A DNA stretch of 64,000 bases from Bdellovibrio sp. ZAP7 (GCA_945900755.1 CAMDKS010000018.1:1201-65200), one strand, 5' to 3'. Shown: positions 43,480 to 53,184, counted from the first letter of the stretch. The notes: generated by a model from the letters alone, not told the origin. A program made the numbers and translations.

Positions 43480-44940
43480 CTAGATGACAGCCTGCTGAAT
43501 TGACAGATGAAACTGGCTACCACGCCCGCTAGCACTCTCAGCTTTAATGTTGCCACCGTGCAGCTTCGCCATCGCTCTTGCCAAACTGAGGCCAATTCCA
43601 ACGCCGCCAGCAATGCGATTTCTGGCAGAATCAACTCGAAAAAAGGGATCAAAAATTTGCTCAAGCAGACCCTTTGGAATGCCCTCACCCTGATCGATGA
43701 CAGAAAATAGGACCGAGTCCCCTTTTTCTTTTTTGCAAGCCAGAGTCACGACGCCGTGTTCTGGAGAATGCTTAATCGCATTTGAAAGCAAATTTCCAAT
43801 GGCCAACGACAAGTAATTCTCAGCCGCGATAAAGGAAACAGGTGCTTCAGCCCCCAGAACCTTAACTTGTATTTGCTTGTTTTTGCCGAGCAGGGAAGCC
43901 TTCACCGCAACACCTTCAAGAAATTCCGCGGTGGTCACCACGGTTTTCACGTTTGGAAGGGCCCCAGCCTCAGCACGCGCCAATAGCAGTAAATCATCGA
44001 CCGTACAACCCATCGACAACGACTCTTTTTGAATGGTCTCTAACGCCGAGCGATACTCCTCGGGCGAGCGAATCCTTCGCAAGGCAAGCTCTGCTTCTCC
44101 CCTAATAGCAGTCAACGGAGTACGAAGCTCATGAGACACATCACTATTAAACCGCCGTTGGCGTTCAAACGCATCCTCAAGGCGTGCTAGCATTCGATTA
44201 AACGTATCTGCAAGGTCGTGCAGTTCATCGTGGACCTGCGGCACTTCGAGACGATGCGAAAGATCTGAGCCAGATAACTGATCGGCAGCCCGTCGCATGC
44301 CAACTACAGGCGCCAAAGCGCGTCTAGCCATGATATATCCAGCCATCACGCACACACATAAAATAGCCGGAAACGCTAAATAAAAAACACTGCGCAGCTG
44401 ACTAAGGGTGGCCCATGTGGCATCAAGCGGAGTGCCCACCTGAACAAGGGATCCCGTGAAAAGGCCACTGACGATCACCGGCATCGTGAGTTGACGAAAG
44501 GGAGCTTTGTCTGGTCGGTCCCACGACTCAAACGTCGAGGCACCCTGCTCAGCTCGCGCCATTGCGATCTTTGAAACAGGCAGTGGCACGTCATCACGAG
44601 TCGAGCGATTACGGACATTTCCACTTAAATCCACCACCCGAGCGTAGGCGTTTACCTCTCGTTCCCCACTAAAATTCTGCAAGAATTGATCAAGTCCACC
44701 TTTGACCAAGCCCTCCGATGACTTGGAGGCACGCATGGACTCCGCCGATACGAGCAAGGCTCCGTCTACAGATTTCAAAAGATCTCGACGCACCATGTTA
44801 TAGATTCCAAAACCAACCATCGGCAAAAGAATCGCCATTAGGATGGCGTGGCCAGCAGCAATGCGCACACTAATAGGCAGCCTTGCATATAGATGCCAAT
44901 TATTTTTTTGCAGAATTTTTTTAAATTTTAATAACGGCAT
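43480..44940 (-). CDS. Sensor histidine kinase (2 TM, HAMP, HisKA, HATPase)
   Basis: FNSDVSHELRTPLTAI is the H-box. LLSNAIKHSP is the N-box. DQGEGIP and GGVGIGLSLA are the G-boxes. Confidence 0.85.
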   Translation of the reverse strand: MPLLKFKKILQKNNWHLYARLPISVRIAAGHAILMAILLPMVGFGIYNMVRRDLLKSVDGALLVSAESMRASKSSEGLVKGGLDQFLQNFSGEREVNAYARVVDLSGNVRNRSTRDDVPLPVSKIAMARAEQGASTFESWDRPDKAPFRQLTMPVIVSGLFTGSLVQVGTPLDATWATLSQLRSVFYLAFPAILCVCVMAGYIMARRALAPVVGMRRAADQLSGSDLSHRLEVPQVHDELHDLADTFNRMLARLEDAFERQRRFNSDVSHELRTPLTAIRGEAELALRRIRSPEEYRSALETIQKESLSMGCTVDDLLLLARAEAGALPNVKTVVTTAEFLEGVAVKASLLGKNKQIQVKVLGAEAPVSFIAAENYLSLAIGNLLSNAIKHSPEHGVVTLACKKEKGDSVLFSVIDQGEGIPKGLLEQIFDPFFRVDSARNRIAGGVGIGLSLARAMAKLHGGNIKAESASGRGSQFHLSIQQAVI

Positions 44941-44979
44941 ATTGGCACATATTTCTCATATTGCATTTATACTGGAGGC

Positions 44980-45654
44980 TCAGGGTTGATCGAGCATGTA
45001 TCCATGCCCACGAACGGTTTTTAACATCGGAATGTCAAATCCCTTATCTATCTTAGCCCGCAAGTACCCGACGTAAACGTCGACAACATTACTGTTTTGC
45101 TCAAAACCCATATCCCATACGTGCTCGCTCAACTCACTACGAGACACCACTTTGCCAGCATTACGCGCCATGTATTCAATCAACGCATATTCTTTACTGG
45201 TCAATTCAATGATTTGACCCGCTCGCGAAACTTCTCGACGGGCTGGGTCTATTTTTAAATGACCGACTTCAAGAATGGCTCCGGAAAAATCAGCGGTACG
45301 GCGACGAAGCAACGATCGGGCTCGCGCCAACAACTCATCAAGACTGAATGGTTTAGTCAAGTAATCGTCAGCCCCACCGTCAAGAGCCGAAACTTTATCC
45401 TTCACTTCGTCTCTAGCTGTGAGCATAAGCACAGGTGACAATATTCCGGTGGCTCGCAACGACTTTAGTACGTCAAAGCCATCTTTGCGCGGAAGCATGA
45501 CGTCCAAAATAATGAGATCATAGGGATTCTCCGAGGCAAGCCATTCGCCCTCAATCCCGTCGTGGGCTAAATCCACGGCATAACTCTCTTCGCGAAGGGC
45601 CCGCTGCAGTAAATTTGCGATAACCATATCATCTTCAACAACTAAAATTCTCAT
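44980..45654 (-). CDS. OmpR-family response regulator
   Basis: MRILVVEDD..., DLIILDVMLPRKDG and KPF form the receiver domain. C-terminal YVGYLRAKID...TVRGHGY is the winged helix. Confidence 0.85.
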   Translation of the reverse strand: MRILVVEDDMVIANLLQRALREESYAVDLAHDGIEGEWLASENPYDLIILDVMLPRKDGFDVLKSLRATGILSPVLMLTARDEVKDKVSALDGGADDYLTKPFSLDELLARARSLLRRRTADFSGAILEVGHLKIDPARREVSRAGQIIELTSKEYALIEYMARNAGKVVSRSELSEHVWDMGFEQNSNVVDVYVGYLRAKIDKGFDIPMLKTVRGHGYMLDQP

Positions 45655-45771
45655 AGTCACATCCTTCCCCAATTCGGCATTGTCGGCTCAACGCTATAAA
45701 CTCTAAAATGGGTCTCGTTGCCCGGATTATAGTCTACCCTAACCAAGATGAGAAGCAGATTAGTGCAATAT

Positions 45772-46278
45772 TTAATCAGATCTGGCTGCTTCGACACTTT
45801 CCCCATAAATCTGGTAACTTGCAGTACCAAATTGATGGGTTTGGCTAGTGACTCTAAGGACACCTTGCACCATAACTGGCCCAAAAAGGGTTTTTGCAGA
45901 GGCTCCAACCATTCGAACATACAACATTTGGTTGGACGGCGGGGGCGGGGCATGCACGCACGCTTGTGGGCTTGGAACCAACAAAAATTCCATGACTTCC
46001 GACCGATTATCTTCAAGCGGCACCATAAATCCCAAACTTCTTATTTTTTTTCCATCTAATGCTTGAAGGGCTGGGGGCACCCTGTTTGTAGCGAGGTCCA
46101 GTTGGCGGTAAGCACCCCAATCGACTGTGGTGTATGCACTCTCGTCTTTTTTACCCATTTTAGAGGTCCCATATATTGGCACCAAAATGAGTGGCAACAA
46201 AAGCCCAAGCCCAATGACCAGTTTCTTTTTCATCGACCAGGCGTCAGGATCTCTCAGTAAATTGTCATTTTCAGACAC
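45772..46278 (-). CDS. DUF3299-like periplasmic protein, last gene of the ABC operon
   Basis: A signal/TM segment is followed by GFMVPLEDNRSEVMEFLLVPSPQACVHAPPPPSNQMLYV, the DUF3299 pattern as I recall it. Confidence 0.6.
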   Translation of the reverse strand: MSENDNLLRDPDAWSMKKKLVIGLGLLLPLILVPIYGTSKMGKKDESAYTTVDWGAYRQLDLATNRVPPALQALDGKKIRSLGFMVPLEDNRSEVMEFLLVPSPQACVHAPPPPSNQMLYVRMVGASAKTLFGPVMVQGVLRVTSQTHQFGTASYQIYGESVEAARSD

Positions 46279-46302
46279 AAGACCTTCTTTCTATTCGTTC
46301 GC

Positions 46303-47670
46303 TCAAAATCTTGTGGCAAGTCCTTCGCGCATAGCGGAGCGATAGGCCTTAAACGATGCAAGCACGCCAACGAGACACCCGACCGCGAGCATGCTAGCCG
46401 CAAACACGATGTCCATCGTACTCACCCCTGAAATTGGAAAACTAATGGAGAACTTTTTTTCAATCCAAGGACTTAGTAAATATAGCCCTGCATACATGAC
46501 CCCGGCCCCCGTCCCAATGCCGCCCAGCACAAGGCCGACCGCCTCTCCAGCCAACATCGCAAAAATCGCGCCCGGACCCGCTCCCACGGCGCGAAGTACC
46601 GTCATCTCACGTTGACGCTGCCCACTGATAATATACAACGAAACGAAAAGCCCCAAGATCCCTGCCACCACGACGCAAAAACTCACTAGGGACATGGCCG
46701 TCTCAAAGATCGACAAATTCTTCCACAGCTCTGCCATCGCCATCCCGGGCAAAATGGCCAGCAACGCATCCCCATCCCAAGTGTTCAAGGTACGTTGCAA
46801 ATTAAGGGATTCCATTCGATTTTTGGCCCCAAGAAAAAAACCACTCACTGACGTCGCAACAAGTTTGCCGCCTTGCTCCTTGAAACTCCCATGGTCCTCA
46901 TGGTGACCTTCCTCATGGTGACCTTCCTCATGGTGACCCTCCTCATGGTGACCCTCCTCATGGTGACCTTCCTCATGGTGACCTTCCTCATGGTGACCTT
47001 CCTCATGGTGGGCTTCTACGCCAATCTCGCGGTGTATTTCACCCAAGCCTCCAAGCGTGACGAACACCGATTTATCGAGCGGAGTTCCCGTCACTTCGAG
47101 AATACCAGTCACCGTAAATGGATGATCCTCGTGCTTCACAAATCCATCTCCGTCTTCAGTATGGCCATGGCTCAATACAATTTTGTCACCAAGGTTAAGG
47201 CGTTGCTTCTCGCCTACTGAAGCCCCAACCACAACATCACTGTCGCCCGAAAACACCTGCCCCACCCGATACGCGATCGACCGTCCATCGCGGTATTTGT
47301 AGTGGATAAAAAATTCTGGGGTTGTGCCTACCACAGAGGCCCCGCGATACCCATCTCCCAAGCTAAAGGGAACCACCCAGTCGACCTCTGGCTGTGCTTT
47401 TGCAAAATCTAGGGCTTTCATGGATATGTTATGAGTGGGAGATCCGACATGAAAAACAGAGAAAAGCAAAAGGGACAACGTACCACTTCTAGGCCCCACG
47501 ATTAAGTCGACTTTGCTAATAGCGCCGCCGAACGCGTCTCTGGTAGCCTCGCGGATTTTATCCACGCCCACAAACAAAGCAACACTCATTGAAATGGATA
47601 AAATGGTTAGTACTGTAGGAATACGCCTATGCCACAGGGAGCGAAGGGCAAGAACCACGATGGGACTCAT
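46303..47670 (-). CDS. FtsX/MacB-type ABC permease with a His/Glu-rich periplasmic insert
   Basis: An N-terminal TM, a large periplasmic domain and 3 C-terminal TMs (FtsX layout). It overlaps the ATPase gene by 4 nt. The (HHEEG)x7 insert is described separately. Confidence 0.8.
   Translation of the reverse strand: MSPIVVLALRSLWHRRIPTVLTILSISMSVALFVGVDKIREATRDAFGGAISKVDLIVGPRSGTLSLLLFSVFHVGSPTHNISMKALDFAKAQPEVDWVVPFSLGDGYRGASVVGTTPEFFIHYKYRDGRSIAYRVGQVFSGDSDVVVGASVGEKQRLNLGDKIVLSHGHTEDGDGFVKHEDHPFTVTGILEVTGTPLDKSVFVTLGGLGEIHREIGVEAHHEEGHHEEGHHEEGHHEEGHHEEGHHEEGHHEEGHHEDHGSFKEQGGKLVATSVSGFFLGAKNRMESLNLQRTLNTWDGDALLAILPGMAMAELWKNLSIFETAMSLVSFCVVVAGILGLFVSLYIISGQRQREMTVLRAVGAGPGAIFAMLAGEAVGLVLGGIGTGAGVMYAGLYLLSPWIEKKFSISFPISGVSTMDIVFAASMLAVGCLVGVLASFKAYRSAMREGLATRF
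46896..47010 (-). repeat. In-frame 15-bp tandem repeat (about 7.5 units) encoding (HHEEG)n
   Basis: CCTCATGGTGACC(T/C)T is repeated head to tail. It translates on the minus strand to HHEEGHHEEG...HHEDHG. Confidence 0.9.
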
Positions 47671-48365
47671 ACTTGGCCTCCAGTCACAGGTGCTTTCGCT
47701 TTGTTAACAGATGAGAGCGCCAGCGAGCGATCAAACTGAGACGCGATCGTACGATCATGGCTCACAAACAATATGGAACTGCCCTCGCGCTTTGCCTGCG
47801 CAAACAAAACATTTAAAAAACCCGTTCGAGCATCTTCGTCCAAAGCCGATGTCGGCTCATCGGCAATGATGATACCAGGGCTTCCAATCAGAGCTCTCGC
47901 CGCAGCCACGCGCTGTTGCTGACCAATGCTCAAATCTGCAATGTTCTGCCCAACCGTGTCACGAACACCCAGCTGCTCTAGTAAAAATAAGGCTTCTTTA
48001 TCGGCCGTCTGAAACCCTGCGGAAATTCGTCGCCCAAATTTACAAGGCAGCGTCACATTGTCGACCACACTAAGATAAGAAACCAAATTAAAGACCTGAA
48101 ATATGAATCCGATTTCTTGAGCCCGAAATCGATCGCGCGCTCCGTTTCCCATTTTAGAAATCACCTGACCAAGCACCGACACGTCACCACTATTAGGAAG
48201 AAAGAGACCCCCGATTAAGCCAAGCAACGTTGTTTTGCCTGAGCCACTAGGTCCAAACATGAAGACTTTCTCTCCCGCTTCCATGCTCATGGCTGGTATT
48301 GAAATGACGTTTGCGGATTTAGAATTGTATCTAAATTCTACTGCGTTTAGTGCTAGGGATTGCAT
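47667..48365 (-). CDS. ABC transporter ATP-binding protein (MacB/LolD-like)
   Basis: GPSGSGKTTLL is Walker A. LSIGQQQRVAAARAL is the signature motif. IIIADEPTSALD is Walker B. Confidence 0.9.
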   Translation of the reverse strand: MQSLALNAVEFRYNSKSANVISIPAMSMEAGEKVFMFGPSGSGKTTLLGLIGGLFLPNSGDVSVLGQVISKMGNGARDRFRAQEIGFIFQVFNLVSYLSVVDNVTLPCKFGRRISAGFQTADKEALFLLEQLGVRDTVGQNIADLSIGQQQRVAAARALIGSPGIIIADEPTSALDEDARTGFLNVLFAQAKREGSSILFVSHDRTIASQFDRSLALSSVNKAKAPVTGGQV

Positions 48366-48675
48366 ATTTTACACTCACAAAAATAACGATTCTAACCGTG
48401 AAAATCTCTTCGCAAGACTACGCCACTGACAGCAAAGGGAAAGTAAAATATTCTCAGCGGCCATCGCGCTCTCCGCTAAAATCGCCATAATCAATTGATA
48501 TTACAGATAATAAACGTGGCTGTTGGGTGATTCATGCCATCCCTCGGGCCACAGTCTAATAGTTGGCGACCTAGGTCAGGGCTTTGACGGGCTGACATGC
48601 CCGTCGCCAACATTCCGCCACCCAATCGGCAAAAAAATCACCGAAAACAGTAAAGAAATTGCCGCTCGGAAACAT

Positions 48676-48690
48676 TGGCACGGCAATTGC
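48676..48690 (+). promoter_or_regulatory. Sigma-54 (-24/-12) promoter
   Basis: TGGCACGGCAATTGC is a perfect match to TGGCAC-N5-TTGC. It lies 63 nt upstream of the ATG at 48753. Confidence 0.7.
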
Positions 48691-48752
48691 TTCACTAACC
48701 CTGGATTCATATCATTGCCAGAATTTCGACACCACGAACCAAGGATGGTCCC

Positions 48753-51101
48753 ATGAAGTGGAGTTCTACATTAGTCAGCTGCCTTTTGCTCAGCGCACTT
48801 TCGCTAGCTAAGCCGCTTCACGCCAAGCCAGAGGGCGAGGGAGCTGTTTTTTCACAAATTATTTTACCGTTTCCAGCAGAACGCCCATTCACCTACGAAT
48901 GGATGAAGTCGACCAACACCCTTGTTCTGCGCTTTCCAAAGAGCAGTCCCGCAGAACTCGACGCCATTAACAATTATGATGAGAAGTTAGTTCGCCGTGT
49001 TTTGGTAAAAGACCAAGGGGCTGAAGGCTCAGAAATTCAACTCGTTCTGAAAAATAAAAATGTACGCGCCGTGGTCACATCCCTTAATGACCCATTTCGA
49101 ATCACGATCGATCTTTTTGACAAAACCTATACCGAGTCAAAAGATCCCGAAAGCGGTCTACCCCTAACCAGCGGACGCATGGGAACTGAAATACTAAATC
49201 CCGACGGTGAACTTTGGCATTCAGCCGCCGCACCAGACTCCGCAAAAGCCGCTGCCAACAAACCGGATGAAAAGGGAGGCTCAAAACGCCGCCTCCTTCA
49301 AGCCATGCCTGACGAAATCGATTCTCCGAATGACCTTAAAGCCGCCATCGCCAAAATTGATCCTGGTCTCGGAAAAGGTTGGGCCACATACCCTCCGTAC
49401 ATCTACCGCATGCAGCTAGCACCCTATGAGGGACGAGAAGCACCGTCTGGTGACCTATCTCCCCTACAAATTAAAGCCGTCTCAACCTCAACTGCGATGG
49501 CCGACTATGCCGCCAAACTATTTGACTTCGGTCACGAGGGGCGAGCCCTTGCTGCTTATCAACAGGTATTGCACCACGAGCCCGGTGTTTTTGAACGCGA
49601 TGCCCTACACCTCTGGAAGTTTGCCGAAACTCACCTCGGACAAGGAAACTTAACCCTCGCTCAAGGTTATTACCAAACCCTGATTGAAAAACACCCTGAC
49701 AACGTCATGGCCAGATTTTCTCGTCTTCGAAAAATTGATGTCCTAGCCCTCAAAGCCATTGCAGACGACGACAAACCTCGTCTCCTAGCACTCGCAAAGG
49801 AAATGTCTTCCATCCCAACACGCGATAATGCAGAACTCTTGGCCATGATCGCCATCCGCAACGTCTGGTGGAATGACGCGGCCATCGATCAAAAAACCCG
49901 CAATGTAATTCCCACCTGCACGGAAGAGGCTCAGGTCACGCTAACCAAGCTAGCACCCCGGATTGAGAATCCAAAAACGGCGTATCTCGCTTCAGTCCTA
50001 GTCGCCACTCGCCTAACGAGCAAAAATACGGCCTGGCAGAACAACTACGCCAATTGGCTAAGTACGTTCTTCACTCGCTACAAGGGAACGCAAAATTCGG
50101 GCGAACGGGACAATCTATCAAAGGCCGCAAAGACTCGCATCGCAGAGCAAATTCAAGCTCTATTCATTGAAGGAAGATTCACTGACGTCACAGCCCTCTA
50201 TGAGCAGCTGCCGGCCGAAATGAAATCGATTGCAAAAGACCCTACGACTAGCTGGCAACTTGCGGAAAGCTACCGAAGCATTGGCCAGCAGGCACAAGCC
50301 ATCCAGTTTTATTCCGGCGCAAGCAAGGCCAATGGTGCCGTCGACAAATTTAAATCAAACTTTTGGTTGGCCACACTCGCCAGCAAGCGAACCGTTGAAC
50401 TGAAGGCGGAAAGCGGCAACCAAGCCACCATACGCTCTCTAGAGTCTGACGCGAAACACGGAGACGTGGCGATGTCTGATATTTGGCGCAAATTAAAGGC
50501 CGACGAAAAATCTGTTTTAATGACAGCCCTCGGTTCAGCTATGCAAGACGTCGCAGCCTCGGAAGCGAGACTCCGCACACCGCCCAAAATTATTTTGGAG
50601 CAGTACAAATCGGCACTCTCCGCAAACACCCCAAAGATCACCGGCACCTCGGGCACCTCAAATACCGATTGGCTCGGCAACTTTAGCCCATCTGGATCGA
50701 CCGTAAAACTACTAGATGATCTTGGCAAGAAATTTGCAGAGTTAGGATTGCCAGCTGAAAGAAGACAAACCATTCAGTTAATGAAGTTTTTGAAACCAGA
50801 GCACTTGGCACAAGACAAGGAAGCGGCAAAACTCTGGGCCTCAGAATTGACCAAATTAGCTGAAGAGCATCGCAAGGCCGACGAATTTCTTGAAGCAGGA
50901 GAACTCTACACACTGGTGGGAGACTCCACAGCGGTGGCAGAGGGGCGAGCTGAAAACCTCTACAAAGGAGGCCTACTACTCTTTCGAGCGGGCAAGAAAC
51001 AGGATGCCATAAAGGCCCTGGAAAAGGCAAAAGGAGATACAACCAACTTATTCTACTCGAAACTAGCGACCGAAAGACTTGATCAAGTAAATACCAAATA
51101 G
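48753..51101 (+). CDS. Secreted TPR-repeat protein (782 aa)
   Basis: The signal peptide is MKWSSTLVSCLLLSALSLAKPLHA. Several TPR-like units are present (AAYQQVLHHEP..., YYQTLIEKHPDN..., AIKALEKA). Confidence 0.7.
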   Translation: MKWSSTLVSCLLLSALSLAKPLHAKPEGEGAVFSQIILPFPAERPFTYEWMKSTNTLVLRFPKSSPAELDAINNYDEKLVRRVLVKDQGAEGSEIQLVLKNKNVRAVVTSLNDPFRITIDLFDKTYTESKDPESGLPLTSGRMGTEILNPDGELWHSAAAPDSAKAAANKPDEKGGSKRRLLQAMPDEIDSPNDLKAAIAKIDPGLGKGWATYPPYIYRMQLAPYEGREAPSGDLSPLQIKAVSTSTAMADYAAKLFDFGHEGRALAAYQQVLHHEPGVFERDALHLWKFAETHLGQGNLTLAQGYYQTLIEKHPDNVMARFSRLRKIDVLALKAIADDDKPRLLALAKEMSSIPTRDNAELLAMIAIRNVWWNDAAIDQKTRNVIPTCTEEAQVTLTKLAPRIENPKTAYLASVLVATRLTSKNTAWQNNYANWLSTFFTRYKGTQNSGERDNLSKAAKTRIAEQIQALFIEGRFTDVTALYEQLPAEMKSIAKDPTTSWQLAESYRSIGQQAQAIQFYSGASKANGAVDKFKSNFWLATLASKRTVELKAESGNQATIRSLESDAKHGDVAMSDIWRKLKADEKSVLMTALGSAMQDVAASEARLRTPPKIILEQYKSALSANTPKITGTSGTSNTDWLGNFSPSGSTVKLLDDLGKKFAELGLPAERRQTIQLMKFLKPEHLAQDKEAAKLWASELTKLAEEHRKADEFLEAGELYTLVGDSTAVAEGRAENLYKGGLLLFRAGKKQDAIKALEKAKGDTTNLFYSKLATERLDQVNTK

Positions 51102-51214
51102 ACGGCCTTCCGAGCATGAATCAAACGAAACAAGAAAACGAATACGGTGACAAAAGAATTGCAAAGTGAAGAAGCAAAGTGAAGAAGCAAATTAAACCCC
51201 GAGGAGAAACGATC

Positions 51215-52297
51215 ATGACCACGAATGCAAGTACAAACAGCGCACACGCCTTCCCGCCTTCACCAGTACGCGAAGACTATGTTTCTTACGCTCAAAATGC
51301 TACCGCGCAAACGGCAAGATCTACCACGGCCAAATATTTTTTAGCCGTTGATGACAAAATGCTACGAATTCAAGACGTCATCGAACAGATCGCCAATGCA
51401 AACGTTCCCGTACTAGTCACCGGCGAAAGCGGCGTGGGCAAAGAAATCGTCGCCAAGGCGATTCACAAAGCCTCCAATCGCAGAGACCGTCCTTTTGTTG
51501 CCATTAATTGCGCAGCCCTTCCTCCAGCCCTTCTGGAAGCCGAGCTTTTTGGTTATGAAAAAGGTGCCTTCACAGGAGCGCATCAGCGCCATGCTGGCAA
51601 ATTTGAACAAGCACAATTTGGTACACTACTACTAGACGAAGTCACGGAGATGGAGCCTGCCCTCCAAGCAAAACTTCTTCGCGTCCTACAAGAAAAAGAA
51701 ATTGAGCGCATCGGCGGCTCTGGGCCCGTGCCCGTTGACGTACGCATCGTCGCAACATCCAACCGCAATCTTGCCGCGGCCGTTGAGTCGGGCCAGTTTC
51801 GACAAGACCTTTACTACCGACTTCACGTCATCAACATCGAAGTCCCTGCGCTTCGCGATCGCCCTCGTGATATCGAACTCCTTGCAAACCATTTTTTAGC
51901 CCTCTACAGCGACCAGTTCAACAAACCGCTATTGAATTTCGCCCCTGACGCAGTCAATAAGCTAATGACGTACCGCTGGCCAGGCAACGTGCGCGAGCTG
52001 AACAATGTCATTCAAAGAACGGCCCTACTCGCACACACCCAGATCATCACCGCTCGCGACATCCCTGTTGAAATTGGACAAGAAATAAGTTCCGATAAAT
52101 GGATCGCCGCCCTGCCAATCGGAAAATCACTGGCAGAAGTTGAAACGCAATTTATTTTGGAAACCCTAAAGTTTCATGAAGGCAACAGGACTCACGCATC
52201 ACGCACCCTTGAAATTTCTTTGAGAACACTGCGCAACAAAATTAATGAATTTACCGCCGTTGGTCTTCACGTGACTGCGGCAAGTGGAGGAAAGTAA
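51215..52297 (+). CDS. Sigma-54-dependent transcriptional activator (AAA+ plus Fis-type HTH, no receiver domain)
   Basis: GESGVGKEIVAKAIH, ELFGYEKGAFTGA (GAFTGA), RWPGNVRELNNV and a C-terminal HTH NRTHASRTLEISLRTLRNK. The ATG at 51215 has GAGGAG upstream. Confidence 0.85.
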   Translation: MTTNASTNSAHAFPPSPVREDYVSYAQNATAQTARSTTAKYFLAVDDKMLRIQDVIEQIANANVPVLVTGESGVGKEIVAKAIHKASNRRDRPFVAINCAALPPALLEAELFGYEKGAFTGAHQRHAGKFEQAQFGTLLLDEVTEMEPALQAKLLRVLQEKEIERIGGSGPVPVDVRIVATSNRNLAAAVESGQFRQDLYYRLHVINIEVPALRDRPRDIELLANHFLALYSDQFNKPLLNFAPDAVNKLMTYRWPGNVRELNNVIQRTALLAHTQIITARDIPVEIGQEISSDKWIAALPIGKSLAEVETQFILETLKFHEGNRTHASRTLEISLRTLRNKINEFTAVGLHVTAASGGK

Positions 52298-52716
52298 TGA
52301 GTAACATCATTGGCGGCATGTTCAATTTTTCCGATAAATTGCAGATGGAATCGCTAAATCAGCGTACCCGTCGTAATGAGGTCATTACTGCAAATATCGC
52401 GAACGCCGAGACACCAGGCTACCGAGCCTTCGGCTACGATTTTGAAAAACAGCTACAGGCAATCTCAGCCACCGATGCGACACCCATGAAAGTAAGTGAC
52501 CCACGTCACATCCGTAACGCGTACACAAAAGTCGACGGGTCCATTACACCCGACGTCTTCGTGAAGCCGACTGAGTCCGTTGACGAAGACGGAAACACGG
52601 TCGACATGGACGGCGAGATGGCTCAATTAGCTCAAAACCAGATTCTATTCAGGACAGCGGTCGAAACTCTCAATCGAAAAATTGGAACCTTAAAGTACGC
52701 CATTAGAGGAGGATGA
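52297..52716 (+). CDS. flgB: Flagellar basal-body rod protein FlgB
   Basis: RNEVITANIANAETPGYRA is the rod-protein N-terminal motif. Size 139 aa. The start overlaps the activator stop. Confidence 0.85.
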   Translation: MSNIIGGMFNFSDKLQMESLNQRTRRNEVITANIANAETPGYRAFGYDFEKQLQAISATDATPMKVSDPRHIRNAYTKVDGSITPDVFVKPTESVDEDGNTVDMDGEMAQLAQNQILFRTAVETLNRKIGTLKYAIRGG

Positions 52717-52721
52717 TATTT

Positions 52722-53159
52722 ATGGGATTCTTTAAAGCAATGGACATTAGTAGCACCGGCCTAAACGCTCAACGCCTTCGTATGAACACGTTAAGCGCCA
52801 ACCTTGCAAACGCCAACACCACGCGAACCGAAGAGGGCGGACCCTACAAACGCCGTGACGTTGTGTTTAGCGCCGCTCCGACGGGATCTCCTTTTGAAGA
52901 TTTTTTGAATGGCACCCACGGTGCACAGTTAAGCAAAGTTAAAGTCGTGGATATTCACGAAGACACAAATGAACCTCGTCTCGTGTTTGATCCTACCCAC
53001 CCAGATGCTAACGGCGAGGGCTATGTCGCCATGCCAAACATTCAGGTGATGACTGAAATGGTGAACATGATTACGGCGACTCGCGCCTATGAGGCCAACG
53101 CAACTGCCGTCAACGAGGCCAAGCAAATGGCCGTAAAATCCCTAGAAATTGGTCGATAA
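52722..53159 (+). CDS. flgC: Flagellar basal-body rod protein FlgC
   Basis: MDISSTGLNAQRLRMNTLSANLANANTTRT..GGPYKRR and C-terminal VNMITATRAYEANA. The ATG at 52722 follows GAGGAGG. Confidence 0.9.
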   Translation: MGFFKAMDISSTGLNAQRLRMNTLSANLANANTTRTEEGGPYKRRDVVFSAAPTGSPFEDFLNGTHGAQLSKVKVVDIHEDTNEPRLVFDPTHPDANGEGYVAMPNIQVMTEMVNMITATRAYEANATAVNEAKQMAVKSLEIGR

Positions 53160-53184
53160 TCGAATCACCTAGAAGGAGCCAAAC

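Noticed and set aside
46896-47010. The regular 15-bp repeat as a CRISPR-like array
   Set aside because: The units are contiguous with no spacers, the unit length is too short, and the repeat is in frame inside a well-supported CDS.
46873-47220. Plus-strand ORF with an LMVTF repeat
   Set aside because: It is the antisense shadow of the (HHEEG)n repeat inside the ABC permease gene. It has no RBS and a repetitive nonsense composition.
51161-51191. A 13-bp tandem duplication (GCAAAGTGAAGAA x2 plus a partial unit) 24 nt upstream of the sigma-54 activator start
   Set aside because: It is real in the sequence, but only two copies are present and no known motif matches. It may be a simple slippage duplication in the 5' UTR. 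The track start at 51179 lies inside it and was replaced by the ATG at 51215.
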